IMG/VR virus record: IMGVR_UViG_3300037419_001822
Coordinates: 32,001 to 96,000 of that record
Source of the DNA: a virus
Direction: 5' to 3' (one strand)
DNA: 64,000 nt
The translations under genes and the position numbers were made by a program. Of this stretch, positions 30,120 through 38,420 are shown piece after piece; the first letter of the stretch is position 1; each line of letters begins with the position of its first letter. The notes beneath the pieces are model-generated. The model saw nothing but the letters and a program-made list of their open reading frames with translations. It searched no databases and was not told the origin of the DNA.

Positions 30120-31832
30120 TGACCGGCTACATCAAGCTCATCGCCACCGAGATCGCCGTCACCACCAGCGTGCTGCTGGCCCGCTGGCTGGGGGAGAAGC
30201 TCGCCGTCGCGATCGTCAACGCCTTCGACGTCGAGCCCGACCTGTACGACGAGGACGACTGACGCACGCCCGTACTGTCTGAACGGTTCATCCGTTCGGT
30301 GAGTCATACTGACCACGGTGAGGTGATCCTGCATGACCACGAAGAAGCCGCTGCCCTGTGACGGCTCGGCCGAGCAGTGGGCGTTCATCGCGGTGCTCGC
30401 CTGCGGGCTCATCGACGTGATCGAGCTGATGGTGCACCACGGCACCGACTGGCTCACCTACACCGTCGTCGTCGTCTCGCTCGGCCTGCTGTGGCGGCAC
30501 CACCGCACGTTCCACCAGCACCAGCCCGTCGAGGCCCCGGAGCGGGAGAAGATCCGATGACCTGGCCCGTCACTCCTGAGCCCACCTACCGGGTGGAGCA
30601 TCAGGACTGGTGCTACTCCGAGGCCCACGCCCGCTGCTGCAACCTCAACAAGGTCGACATCGAGGACTGCACCTGCGGCGCCGCCGAGGCGCAGGCCGAG
30701 ATCGACTCCCTCGCCGACACCGTCCGGGTGCAACGGCAGGCGCTCGACCGCATCGAGCAGTACGTCACCGACTGCGCCAACACGATCGGCGGTCAGCAGG
30801 TCAAGGCGATGGCCGCGTTCGTGCGCGACATCATCCGGACCGCCCGATGACCGAGGCCCCGCCCCGACCCGACCCCGAGATCGCGGACGTCGTGCCGCTG
30901 CCCGAGCTGTGCGCCACCGGCTGCAGCCACGCCTGGCACGGCATGCGCTGCCACTGCGGCTGCGCCAGCTCCTGGACGCCGTCCGGTGACTGACATGCTC
31001 AAGCCCGACCCCGCCGTGCTCGCCTGGATCGAGGAGTGCTACGACAAGGGCGAGCCGCCCAAGGCGATGTGGCAGCGGCCGTCCTACGCCCAGCTCCCCA
31101 ACTGCAACTGGTGCATCCACCGCGAGCACGACTTCCAGTGCGTCGACTGCGAATGCATGTGCAACAGCTCCCACCAGCGGCTCGATGACACCTGGCGGCC
31201 CACCAACCAGTACACGCAGGCCTGGCAGATCGCCAAGGCCATGGATGTCCTCGGCTGCGACGGCTGGGTCGCCCGGTTCATCCACGGCGTCGGCATCCAG
31301 CTCAAGCCCTACGGCCGCAAGTCCGACATCAAGAAAGTCCTCTACGGGGAGGCGTCATGACCACCCACCGGCCCGGCATCTTCCAGATCGGCCGGGTCAC
31401 CGACGACGGCGCCACGGTGACCATCTCCGGCTGGGGTGTCGGCCTGTGCGCGGCCAAGTGCACCTGCCACCGCGACCCCGCCTTCCCCAACCACGGCCTC
31501 CGGCTGCACGAGGGTGATGACGGCAGCCTCGGCCTGGCCAAGCACCGCACCTGCGACTGCTGCGAGCCCTGGCAGGCCGAGGAGCTGATGGCCGTCGTCG
31601 CCGACCTGGCCGAGATCCAGGCCGCCCCGGAGGTGTCCCGATGACCAGCACGATCGGCTCGATCCTCGGCGTCCCGGTGATCGAGTCCCGCTACCTGCCG
31701 CCCGGCGTGAGTCTGCTGCTGGCCCACAACCGGGCCGTCACCGCCGACCCGCAGGCGCTGCGGAACCGGATCGAGCTGCGCAACTGGCTGGCCGACCGGG
31801 TCGCCGAGATCGAGCGGAGGTGGTTCGGGTGA
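30119..31832 (+). CDS. Seven small hypothetical ORFs (starts 30119, 30333, 30557, 30847, 30986, 31357, 31641), several Cys-rich or membrane
   Basis: Coupled ORFs with phage codon usage. Confidence 0.6.
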
Positions 31833-31989
31833 CCGGCTGCACCTGTCACCGCTGCCAGGACCACCGTGATCGTCAGCTCAACAGCGAGGCGTGGCGCGCC
31901 CTGAACGCGGCCACCCGGAGGTAGTTCGTGCAGGGATCCCCGGCCCACTACTGGGCCCGGTGCGCCAACTACGACGAGCTGCGGCTGCG

Positions 31990-32380
31990 GCCCTGCCCGG
32001 GGTGGATCGAGTACCACCCCGGGGATCTCGACGCCGCCTGCGACACCTGCCGAGGCCGGTGCGGGTGGCAGGTGTCCGGCCCCGGGTGGCTCGATCGGGA
32101 CACCCTCCCCGGGTGGTTCAGCGAGCCCCCCCCGGGAGTGGTTCGTCGGATAGCCCCCCGGCGGTGGCGGACAGGCCCGCCCCCGGTGTCGGCGAGACCC
32201 CCCGGAGGTGCCGACAACCCGCCCCCCGGGTGGCAACAAGACCACCCCCCGGTAGTTCGAACCCCACCCCCCGGTGGCGAAGACCCCCCCGGGGTGGTTC
32301 GAAGACCCCCCGGGGTGGCAACAAGACCCCCCGGGGTGGCAAACGGGCCCCCCGGGGGTGCCGACGACCCCACCCCCCTC
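31990..32380. repeat. Degenerate tandem array of about 12-15 C4-7-GG(G)GTG(G) units, period about 17-28 bp
   Basis: For example ccccccggggtggcaacaaga, cccccccggggtggttcgaaga, ccccccggggtggcaaacggg. Confidence 0.85.
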
Positions 32381-32525
32381 CACCGACTGTCTGAGATTCG
32401 TTCAGACACGTCGGGGAACCGGCCCAGCTTCGCTCAGGCCAGCCTGGGAGCCCTTCCCGGGTGTCCCGGCATGGCCCGTTTTGTCCACGGGGCGCTCAGG
32501 GGGTCGGCGGTGGTCTCGTACTGTA

Positions 32526-32554
32526 TTGCTTCCTGTATGGACACAGTGTAGAAT
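32526..32554 (+). promoter_or_regulatory. Strong housekeeping-sigma promoter
   Basis: TTGCTT-N17-TAGAAT; RBS AAGGAG before GTG 32591. Confidence 0.65.
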
Positions 32555-32590
32555 CGAGGTAGACACCAGCCCGAAACGAAGGAGAGCACC

Positions 32591-33063
32591 GTGACCGCCG
32601 CCGCGACCGAGATCCGCTTCGAGATCCACATCTGCGCCGAGCGCCGCTCCTACTACGCGACGTTCTCCACCGAGGCGCAGGCCCTGGCCTTCCTGGAGCC
32701 GCGCGGCTGGACCCACGCCTACTGGCCCGCCACGGACGCCGACACCGACCTGGTCGAGCAGAACTGGCCGACCCTGGCCGACCGGCTCTGGCCGATCTGC
32801 GAGCACGGGCTCTCGCTCCAGCTCTGCTCCGGCCCCAACCACTTCGGCGAGCCGTACGACGACTGGGCGAACTGATGACCGAGACCTTCACCGTCCTGGT
32901 CGGCTTCACCACGGTGCGGCCGATCATCCCCGACCAGCACCACTCGATCGTGCTGGTGGCCACCGATCGCGGCCCGATCGACGCCCAGCTCGTCGCCGCC
33001 CAGATGGTCGGCAGTCACAGCGTCATGCCGACGTCGACCGAGATCCTGTTCGTGGAAATCTGA
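32591..33063 (+). CDS. Two-gene unit (32591-32875, 32875-33063) with its own promoter and terminator
   Basis: TGATG coupling; hairpin terminator downstream. Confidence 0.7.
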
Positions 33064-33078
33064 GCTTCCAACGATGAA

Positions 33079-33115
33079 GCGCCGGAGCTGATGAAAGCTC
33101 CGGCGCGATTTTGTT
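33079..33115 (+). terminator. Intrinsic terminator
   Basis: GCGCCGGAGCT-gatgaa-AGCTCCGGCGC followed by GATTTTGTT. Confidence 0.8.
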
Positions 33116-33160
33116 CTGGGACGTTTTCGCAGGTCAAACGCGGACTTCGCGGATCTTCCG

Positions 33161-33305
33161 CGCGATTTTCGCTCTGAAACGGTATTGTTTTTTCGCGATT
33201 TTGAAAGCTCGCGCGCGATTTTAGCTCTGGCGCGGTATTAGCTCTGGCGCGGTATTGCCGCCGCGCCGCCGCGCGCGCGCGATATTAGCTCTGAGACGGT
33301 ATTGT
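33161..33305. repeat. Four direct repeats GCTCTG-N3-CGGTATT (33171, 33224, 33241, 33288) with CGCGATTTT-type repeats in AT-rich non-coding DNA
   Basis: Seen directly. Confidence 0.85.
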
Positions 33306-33776
33306 AAAACGGCACCGGCCGGTTCACGTACAGGCCTTCTGGTACGGACCCGTTCCGTTCCGACTCGACTCGGACCGGAACGCGCGGTTCCGAGGCGGAA
33401 CGGTCTCGTCCGTATGAGCTGAGACCAGCGAAACGGTCCGTTATCGCAACCGTGCTGGCAGCGTCCATGATCTTGATTCTGCGCCTCCCTGCCTCGCTCC
33501 TGTGCCGACACCCCATTCTAGCAGGGCAGATATACGGACTCTTATGTACGCTAACGATCGGCGAGCCTCTGACCAGGCCTTATGCCGATCCGACACGCCC
33601 GACCGCGTGGACGCGGGACACGCCCGAGGCGTGTTGTCTAAAGCGTTGCGACACGCCGCGATTTACCTGCAGGTTTGGTTAGACACGGCGTGTCGTGCGT
33701 ATCGACACGCGCAGTGTCACACGTGCGCGCGGTTCCTCATCCGGCAGGAACCGGCCGACCAGGAAGGTTCAAGATC

Positions 33777-34808
33777 ATGACTGAGGCCTACCCATTCCGC
33801 CCGGTTATCGCCATTCGCAAGGGTCGGAACGCCATTCACCTTTCTCAGCAGTCGGGAACGTGGCTCGGCGCAGCGCTATTCACGTCGACACTGTGCGGCC
33901 GCGAGATCACGACTGCGGCCGGATGGGTAGAGGTGCAGGAATCCGCTACCTGTGCCCGGTGCGAGAGGGAATGCGCGAACATTGACAGTGACCGCGCCTA
34001 TGTGATCGAGACCGATCACGCGGCCGCAATTGCAGAGGACGCGGAACGCTTCCCGGTCGCCTCGGCGGAATTCCGCATCGGCGAGCGAGTCGGCATCGTG
34101 CGCGGCCTGCAATCCGTGAACGGTCCGCAGGTCTACATGTACGGCACCGTCGTCCGTCACGTCACGTCGTGGAACGACAGCACGGAATATGTCGTGCTCG
34201 GCGAGGACGGAGAGGAGCTGGTCTACGGCGCATATCTCCTGCGGCACGTTCCCGAGAGAATCGCGCCGAGCGTCTGGCAGTCTGCCGCACAGGAGAACGC
34301 CAGTGCACAGAATCGGCGCGCTGCAGAAACCGCCGCTGTCCATGCCGCAGACACTGCCTCGGATGACTTAGCGGACCTGTGCCTCTCCGCCATGTACGAA
34401 GGCCTAGAAGCCTCTCAGTGCCCGCAGGACGCGCCAGAGGATGAGGCGCGCCAGGACAGTACGGAAGGCATCCCCTCGGACGACTCAGAGGCCTACGCGC
34501 ACTCCTGCCCAGTCTGTGGCGCTCCTGCGCACTTTCCCTGTGAAGATCCGTCCTGCTCCTATGCCGTGCCGATGCACCCTGAGCGCGCGCTAGCCGATGC
34601 GTACGACTCCGTCACATTCGGCACGATTGACGACACTCCCGCCACGCGCGAATTCACGGAACAGGAATTCGACACGGTCTCGGAGGAAATTCTGGCCGCT
34701 GTGCGTGGAATCGCAAAGGCACACGGTCTCGCTGCCTCCGTTCTCGACATGGCGCGCGCCTCCGATGACGCCGCTAACGCTCTGTCCCGCTACGGCATCA
34801 CCCGATAA
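33777..34808 (+). CDS. Acidic multi-domain hypothetical protein (first gene of low-GC island)
   Basis: AGGAAGG RBS, ATG 33777; H..LCG...TCARC and CPVC..C..H Zn motifs; atypical codons. Confidence 0.75.
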   Translation: MTEAYPFRPVIAIRKGRNAIHLSQQSGTWLGAALFTSTLCGREITTAAGWVEVQESATCARCERECANIDSDRAYVIETDHAAAIAEDAERFPVASAEFRIGERVGIVRGLQSVNGPQVYMYGTVVRHVTSWNDSTEYVVLGEDGEELVYGAYLLRHVPERIAPSVWQSAAQENASAQNRRAAETAAVHAADTASDDLADLCLSAMYEGLEASQCPQDAPEDEARQDSTEGIPSDDSEAYAHSCPVCGAPAHFPCEDPSCSYAVPMHPERALADAYDSVTFGTIDDTPATREFTEQEFDTVSEEILAAVRGIAKAHGLAASVLDMARASDDAANALSRYGITR

Positions 34809-34841
34809 CACTTCCCACGAATCGGAACCGGAGATCCTGAC

Positions 34842-35521
34842 ATGTCTGCAGTCATCGGAATTGTCGGAATCGTCGCACTCGCAGGAATCTACGTCTGGGC
34901 AGAAATCTACTGCCACATTCGAGACCGTCACACGGTCGGCCCGCGTCCTCTCATCCGTACCGACATTGACGACACCCTCCGCGCAATTCCGGGTGTCTAC
35001 GTTCTGCACTCCGAATCCGCTAACGACCTCCAGCTCACCCTCTTCTGATTCCGGAAGGATTCCCTGTCATGTTCGCGATCGTCGCTCAGATTCTGGTCTA
35101 CCTCACCCTTGCTGCATTGGTTCCATTGACGATTGTCACCGGACACCAGGCAGCACAGGCGCACGCGGAAGGCGCAGCCTCCCCCGATGCGGACACCCTT
35201 ACTCCGACCCTTTACTGAGAGAGGCAAACGGCCGTGCGAATCCGAACCGCTCAGGCAGCCTGTGCCGCTGTGCTGTGCGCCTCCCTGCTCCTAGTCCCTA
35301 CTGCAGGCTCCGAGAGGCCTAGCGGCGTTTCTGGGGCCTCTGGCGACGCTGCCAGTAGTGAGGCCTCCTGGCGCGTCGACACGGCGGAGCGCGCCACGTG
35401 CATTCCGTACCTGTGGGAATCGTCCGACGACGGAATAGGCGTGGCGGAAATGCTCTCCCATGGCTGGCACACAAGCGGAGAGGACGGACGCGCTTTCGCA
35501 CTCTATCCGCCGAATTGCTGA
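34842..35521 (+). CDS. Three small membrane/secreted ORFs (34842-35048, 35069-35218, 35234-35521)
   Basis: Each has an RBS and an N-terminal hydrophobic segment. Confidence 0.55.
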
Positions 35522-35579
35522 CAGCCTTGGTCGCGGCCGGAATTCCGGCCGCGCGCCATGGATGCCAGAGAGGCACCCT
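35518..35579 (+). repeat. 62-nt structured junction element, copy 1
   Basis: Same length as copy 2 and a 28-nt identical block; 8-bp hairpin. Confidence 0.85.
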
Positions 35580-35601
35580 GCCGAATAGGGAGGCACACAC
35601 A

Positions 35602-35808
35602 ATGCGCAATCTCTGCCACGTCTGCCGGAGGCTCCGTCCCGCGCGCGCATTCCGATTCTCTGTCCATGTCTGTGATGACTGCGAGCGTGCGCCGCAGTAC
35701 GTCACTGGCGACGGCGTTTCTCATTACACGCGCGAGGCAGCGTTCCGGCATGCCGATTCGGTAGCGGCACGCACCGGTCAGATTATCGCGATTGAGAGTG
35801 CTCTCTGA
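35602..35808 (+). CDS. Small CxxC...CxxC protein flanked by the two junction elements
   Basis: GGGAGG RBS, ATG 35602. Confidence 0.65.
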   Translation: MRNLCHVCRRLRPARAFRFSVHVCDDCERAPQYVTGDGVSHYTREAAFRHADSVAARTGQIIAIESAL

Positions 35809-35866
35809 CCGCTTTGGTCGGGCCCGACCACTCGGGCCCGCGCCATGGATGCCAGAGAGGCACCCT
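35805..35866 (+). repeat. 62-nt structured junction element, copy 2
   Basis: Compensatory changes in the hairpin relative to copy 1. Confidence 0.85.
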
Positions 35867-35889
35867 CACAGAGAGAGAGGCGCAGGACA

Positions 35890-36660
35890 ATGCTCAGCAC
35901 ACAAGCACTCGGAACGGAACTAGCTACCCGCGTCCGGTCCGCCGTCTCCGCCGTTGCCTTCCTCACTGGACAGAGCGAGGCGCACGCGGAAACGGAATTA
36001 GCGTCCCTCGCGGGTGTCGTCGTCAATCCTGTGCGACAGGACAGAATCGCACAGGCATATGACACCATGCCACGCATTCCCCACGGAATGCGTGAGCTGC
36101 GCGAGGCCTGCCACGCATGGACAGTGTTCGCTCTGGAGATCCGCGCGCAATGGGATGCGCTGCACTCCCTCGGATTCTCGCTCACTGTCGAGTCATTCGA
36201 CCCATATGCCGGACCGGCCGAAATGTTCGGCGACGTCGCCGACTACAGAATCCGCGTCCTGGCGACCGATGTGTGCGGAGAACATCCCTACCTATCGAAT
36301 GAGGATAACGACCTATTCCGCGCCGTTCACGACATTCTGGGCCACGCTGCCACAGGACGCGGATTCGACAGGCACGGTGAGGAAGCCGCGTACCAATCGC
36401 ACTGCCGCATGTTCTCACCCGTCGCGCGCCTCGCATTGGCAACGGAGACGCGCGGACAGAATGCCTCCCTGCACAGCAATGGTCGATTCCCTGTGCAACG
36501 TCTCGGCATCCTCCCCGGATGGGCCCGCGAGACGGACGCACTCGCATTCGGCCTGCCGATCACATTCGACGACATGCGGGCCGAGGCAGCGGCACACCAG
36601 GACGCGCACACCTACGCACTCCGAGAGGGAATCGCACAGCGACCCTCTCAGAGCCTCTGA
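35890..36660 (+). CDS. Zincin-like metalloenzyme-type domain protein (HDxxGH...GEE)
   Basis: NDLFRAVHDILGH...GFDRHGEEAA...ATETRGQN; activity is inference. Confidence 0.65.
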   Translation: MLSTQALGTELATRVRSAVSAVAFLTGQSEAHAETELASLAGVVVNPVRQDRIAQAYDTMPRIPHGMRELREACHAWTVFALEIRAQWDALHSLGFSLTVESFDPYAGPAEMFGDVADYRIRVLATDVCGEHPYLSNEDNDLFRAVHDILGHAATGRGFDRHGEEAAYQSHCRMFSPVARLALATETRGQNASLHSNGRFPVQRLGILPGWARETDALAFGLPITFDDMRAEAAAHQDAHTYALREGIAQRPSQSL

Positions 36661-36681
36661 GAGACCACAGGAGACATCGCC

Positions 36682-36900
36682 ATGACGTGCCGCACTCGCA
36701 CTAGCGGGAACCGTGCCCACCGTTGCTCTCGGGCCCATTGGGAACTAGTCGAGTCATACCGGCTCTGGCGAGAGACCGAACTACTCGCGGCAGAGGCTGC
36801 CACGAATGGATATGAGACCGAACTAGCGGAGTACTGGCAGACACATACGCGGCCCACGTTCCGCGCCTACCTAATCGGAGTCGGGCGCACTGCCCGCTGA
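36682..36900 (+). CDS. Small hypothetical protein flanked by identical 21-bp repeats
   Basis: CTGAGAGACCACAGGAGACAT at 36657 and 36897. Confidence 0.7.
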   Translation: MTCRTRTSGNRAHRCSRAHWELVESYRLWRETELLAAEAATNGYETELAEYWQTHTRPTFRAYLIGVGRTAR

Positions 36901-36921
36901 GAGACCACAGGAGACATTGTC

Positions 36922-37566
36922 ATGACTGACCTAGTGCCCAGTGCCCGGAACATCCTCTCCGTTTGGCACAGTGCCACTCCGGCCGATGTGAACGCGGGGA
37001 GGGAGTGGTACCGACGCGCACGCGCTTTCGCGGCAGAGCTAGATCCTGCCGACCCTGAGCGCGCGGCGGCCGTTATCGCTGTGCTCTCTCCGCAATTGTC
37101 CTGGCCGCGAAACGCACAGCATGCCCGGCACGCGTACGAATTGCGGGCCGAGGGTGCGACCGTGGATGAGATCACAGCCGCACTGCCGATGCTCAAGCGC
37201 AATGCCCGGAAGGCGGCCGCAATTCTGTGGGGTGCCGATCCGGACGCCGTCGTGAGTGGCCCTAAGGTCCGGGCATTCTGGCATTCCATCGCTCGGCCCG
37301 ATGATGCCCGCTCCGTCGTCATCGATCGGCACGCCGTGGATGTGTCACTCGGAATGGTCACCGATGACGCTACCCGCTCCCGTCTCATTGGGCGGAAGGG
37401 TGGATATGCCACCGTCGCCGATGCCTACATTCGTGCGGCCCGCATTCTGTCAGAACAACTCGGCGACACAATCACAGCAACAGAATTGCAAGGTGTGACG
37501 TGGACAGCATGGCGACACACTCACGCACTGGCATTCCATGGCGACACTGAGAGGAAAGCAAACTGA
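36922..37566 (+). CDS. HhH-GPD/Endo III glycosylase-fold-like phage protein (DUF7178-like)
   Basis: EWY, AVLSPQLSWPRN, GPKVRAF, VVIDRHA, LQGVTW motifs. Confidence 0.7.
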   Translation: MTDLVPSARNILSVWHSATPADVNAGREWYRRARAFAAELDPADPERAAAVIAVLSPQLSWPRNAQHARHAYELRAEGATVDEITAALPMLKRNARKAAAILWGADPDAVVSGPKVRAFWHSIARPDDARSVVIDRHAVDVSLGMVTDDATRSRLIGRKGGYATVADAYIRAARILSEQLGDTITATELQGVTWTAWRHTHALAFHGDTERKAN

Positions 37567-37976
37567 TGAGCACAATGGCAACGCTTGACGCTGCTATCCG
37601 TTTCGACGTGCTGCCCGCACTTGTGTCAGAGGGTGGATTCACATTCGACGTAGCGAGTGCGTCACTGGTCGGCATCGGCGAGAGGCGCGGATACGCTATC
37701 GCTATCCCTGACAGTGAGCGCATTCTAGGCAGTGAGGACGTCACTACCGAGGATCTCGTATCAGCCATTGCTGATCTCATCATGGAATATGCCGACGCAC
37801 TGAGCACTGGCGCAATGGTAGGTGGCTGGCACTCGACAGAGCGCAATGTGTATATGGTCGAGATCAGCGACGTGATCACATGTGATCGAACCAACGCTAT
37901 TGCCATCGGTCGAATGAGAGGACAGGAAAGCGTATTCGACCTGAGCAATGGTGAATGCGTGAGCTGCCGCACATAG
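37566..37976 (+). CDS. Putative SAM-lyase-like (SAMase-fold) protein
   Basis: GGW...EIS...AIAIGRMRGQESVF resembles the G[YW]..E...A..QE/QD core of phage SAM lyases. Confidence 0.5.
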   Translation: MSTMATLDAAIRFDVLPALVSEGGFTFDVASASLVGIGERRGYAIAIPDSERILGSEDVTTEDLVSAIADLIMEYADALSTGAMVGGWHSTERNVYMVEISDVITCDRTNAIAIGRMRGQESVFDLSNGECVSCRT

Positions 37977-38001
37977 CGGGCACAGCACATTCCCGACTAA
38001 T

Positions 38002-38036
38002 CGGGCCGCAACCTTAGGGTTGCGGCCCGCTTTGTT
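38002..38036 (+). terminator. Intrinsic terminator ending the island operon
   Basis: CGGGCCGCAACC-ttag-GGTTGCGGCCCG followed by CTTTGTT. Confidence 0.85.
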
Positions 38037-38267
38037 GTGCCCAACGGAAACCATGCGTGCTCGGAACTAGATCGTGCGCTTCGTGCCAGCATGGTTGCGC
38101 AGACTGTCGAGTCTCAGCGCAGAACATGCGATTGCTGAGCCTGTGAGACGCGCTGAGCGACGATCGTAGGGTCACGGGTATAGACACACCAGCCTAGGAT
38201 CTCCCGTCGGCAGAGAGGCACTGAGCGGGTCGACGTTGGGTCCTACTCCATTGCGCACAACTAAATA

Positions 38268-38345
38268 GGGGGGGGCCATCTAGAAGTTCAGACGATCGGG
38301 GGCCGCCGACTCCGCGCCGGTAGGCGAAATCCCTCCCCGGCGGTC
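38268..38345. other. Probable cos region; candidate 3' overhang CGGTAGGCGA at 38318-38327
   Basis: G-run...GAAGTTCAG...CCGGTAGGCG...CCCTCCCCGG layout recalled from cos-type actinophages; composition changes here; HNH and terminase genes downstream. Confidence 0.55.
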
Positions 38346-38420
38346 TTGAGGGGGTTCGCGCGCGCGGTGTATGCGCGCGCGTATTGCGGCCTGTCGGCCC
38401 CCTGTCTAAACTGTTGATCT

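Noticed and set aside
31990-32380. CRISPR array
   Set aside because: Units are degenerate, about 20 bp, with short and sometimes repeated spacers; no constant repeat with unique 30-40 nt spacers and no cas genes
31928-32594. Confident CDS calls across the C/G array
   Set aside because: Pro/Gly-rich translations occur in several frames and on both strands; only the first 60 or so codons look protein-like
33777-37976. Simple avoidance of type II palindromic restriction sites as the cause of island composition
   Set aside because: GAATTC, GTCGAC, CTGCAG, CCATGG, CGGCCG and GATC all occur in the island; any avoided motif needs computation
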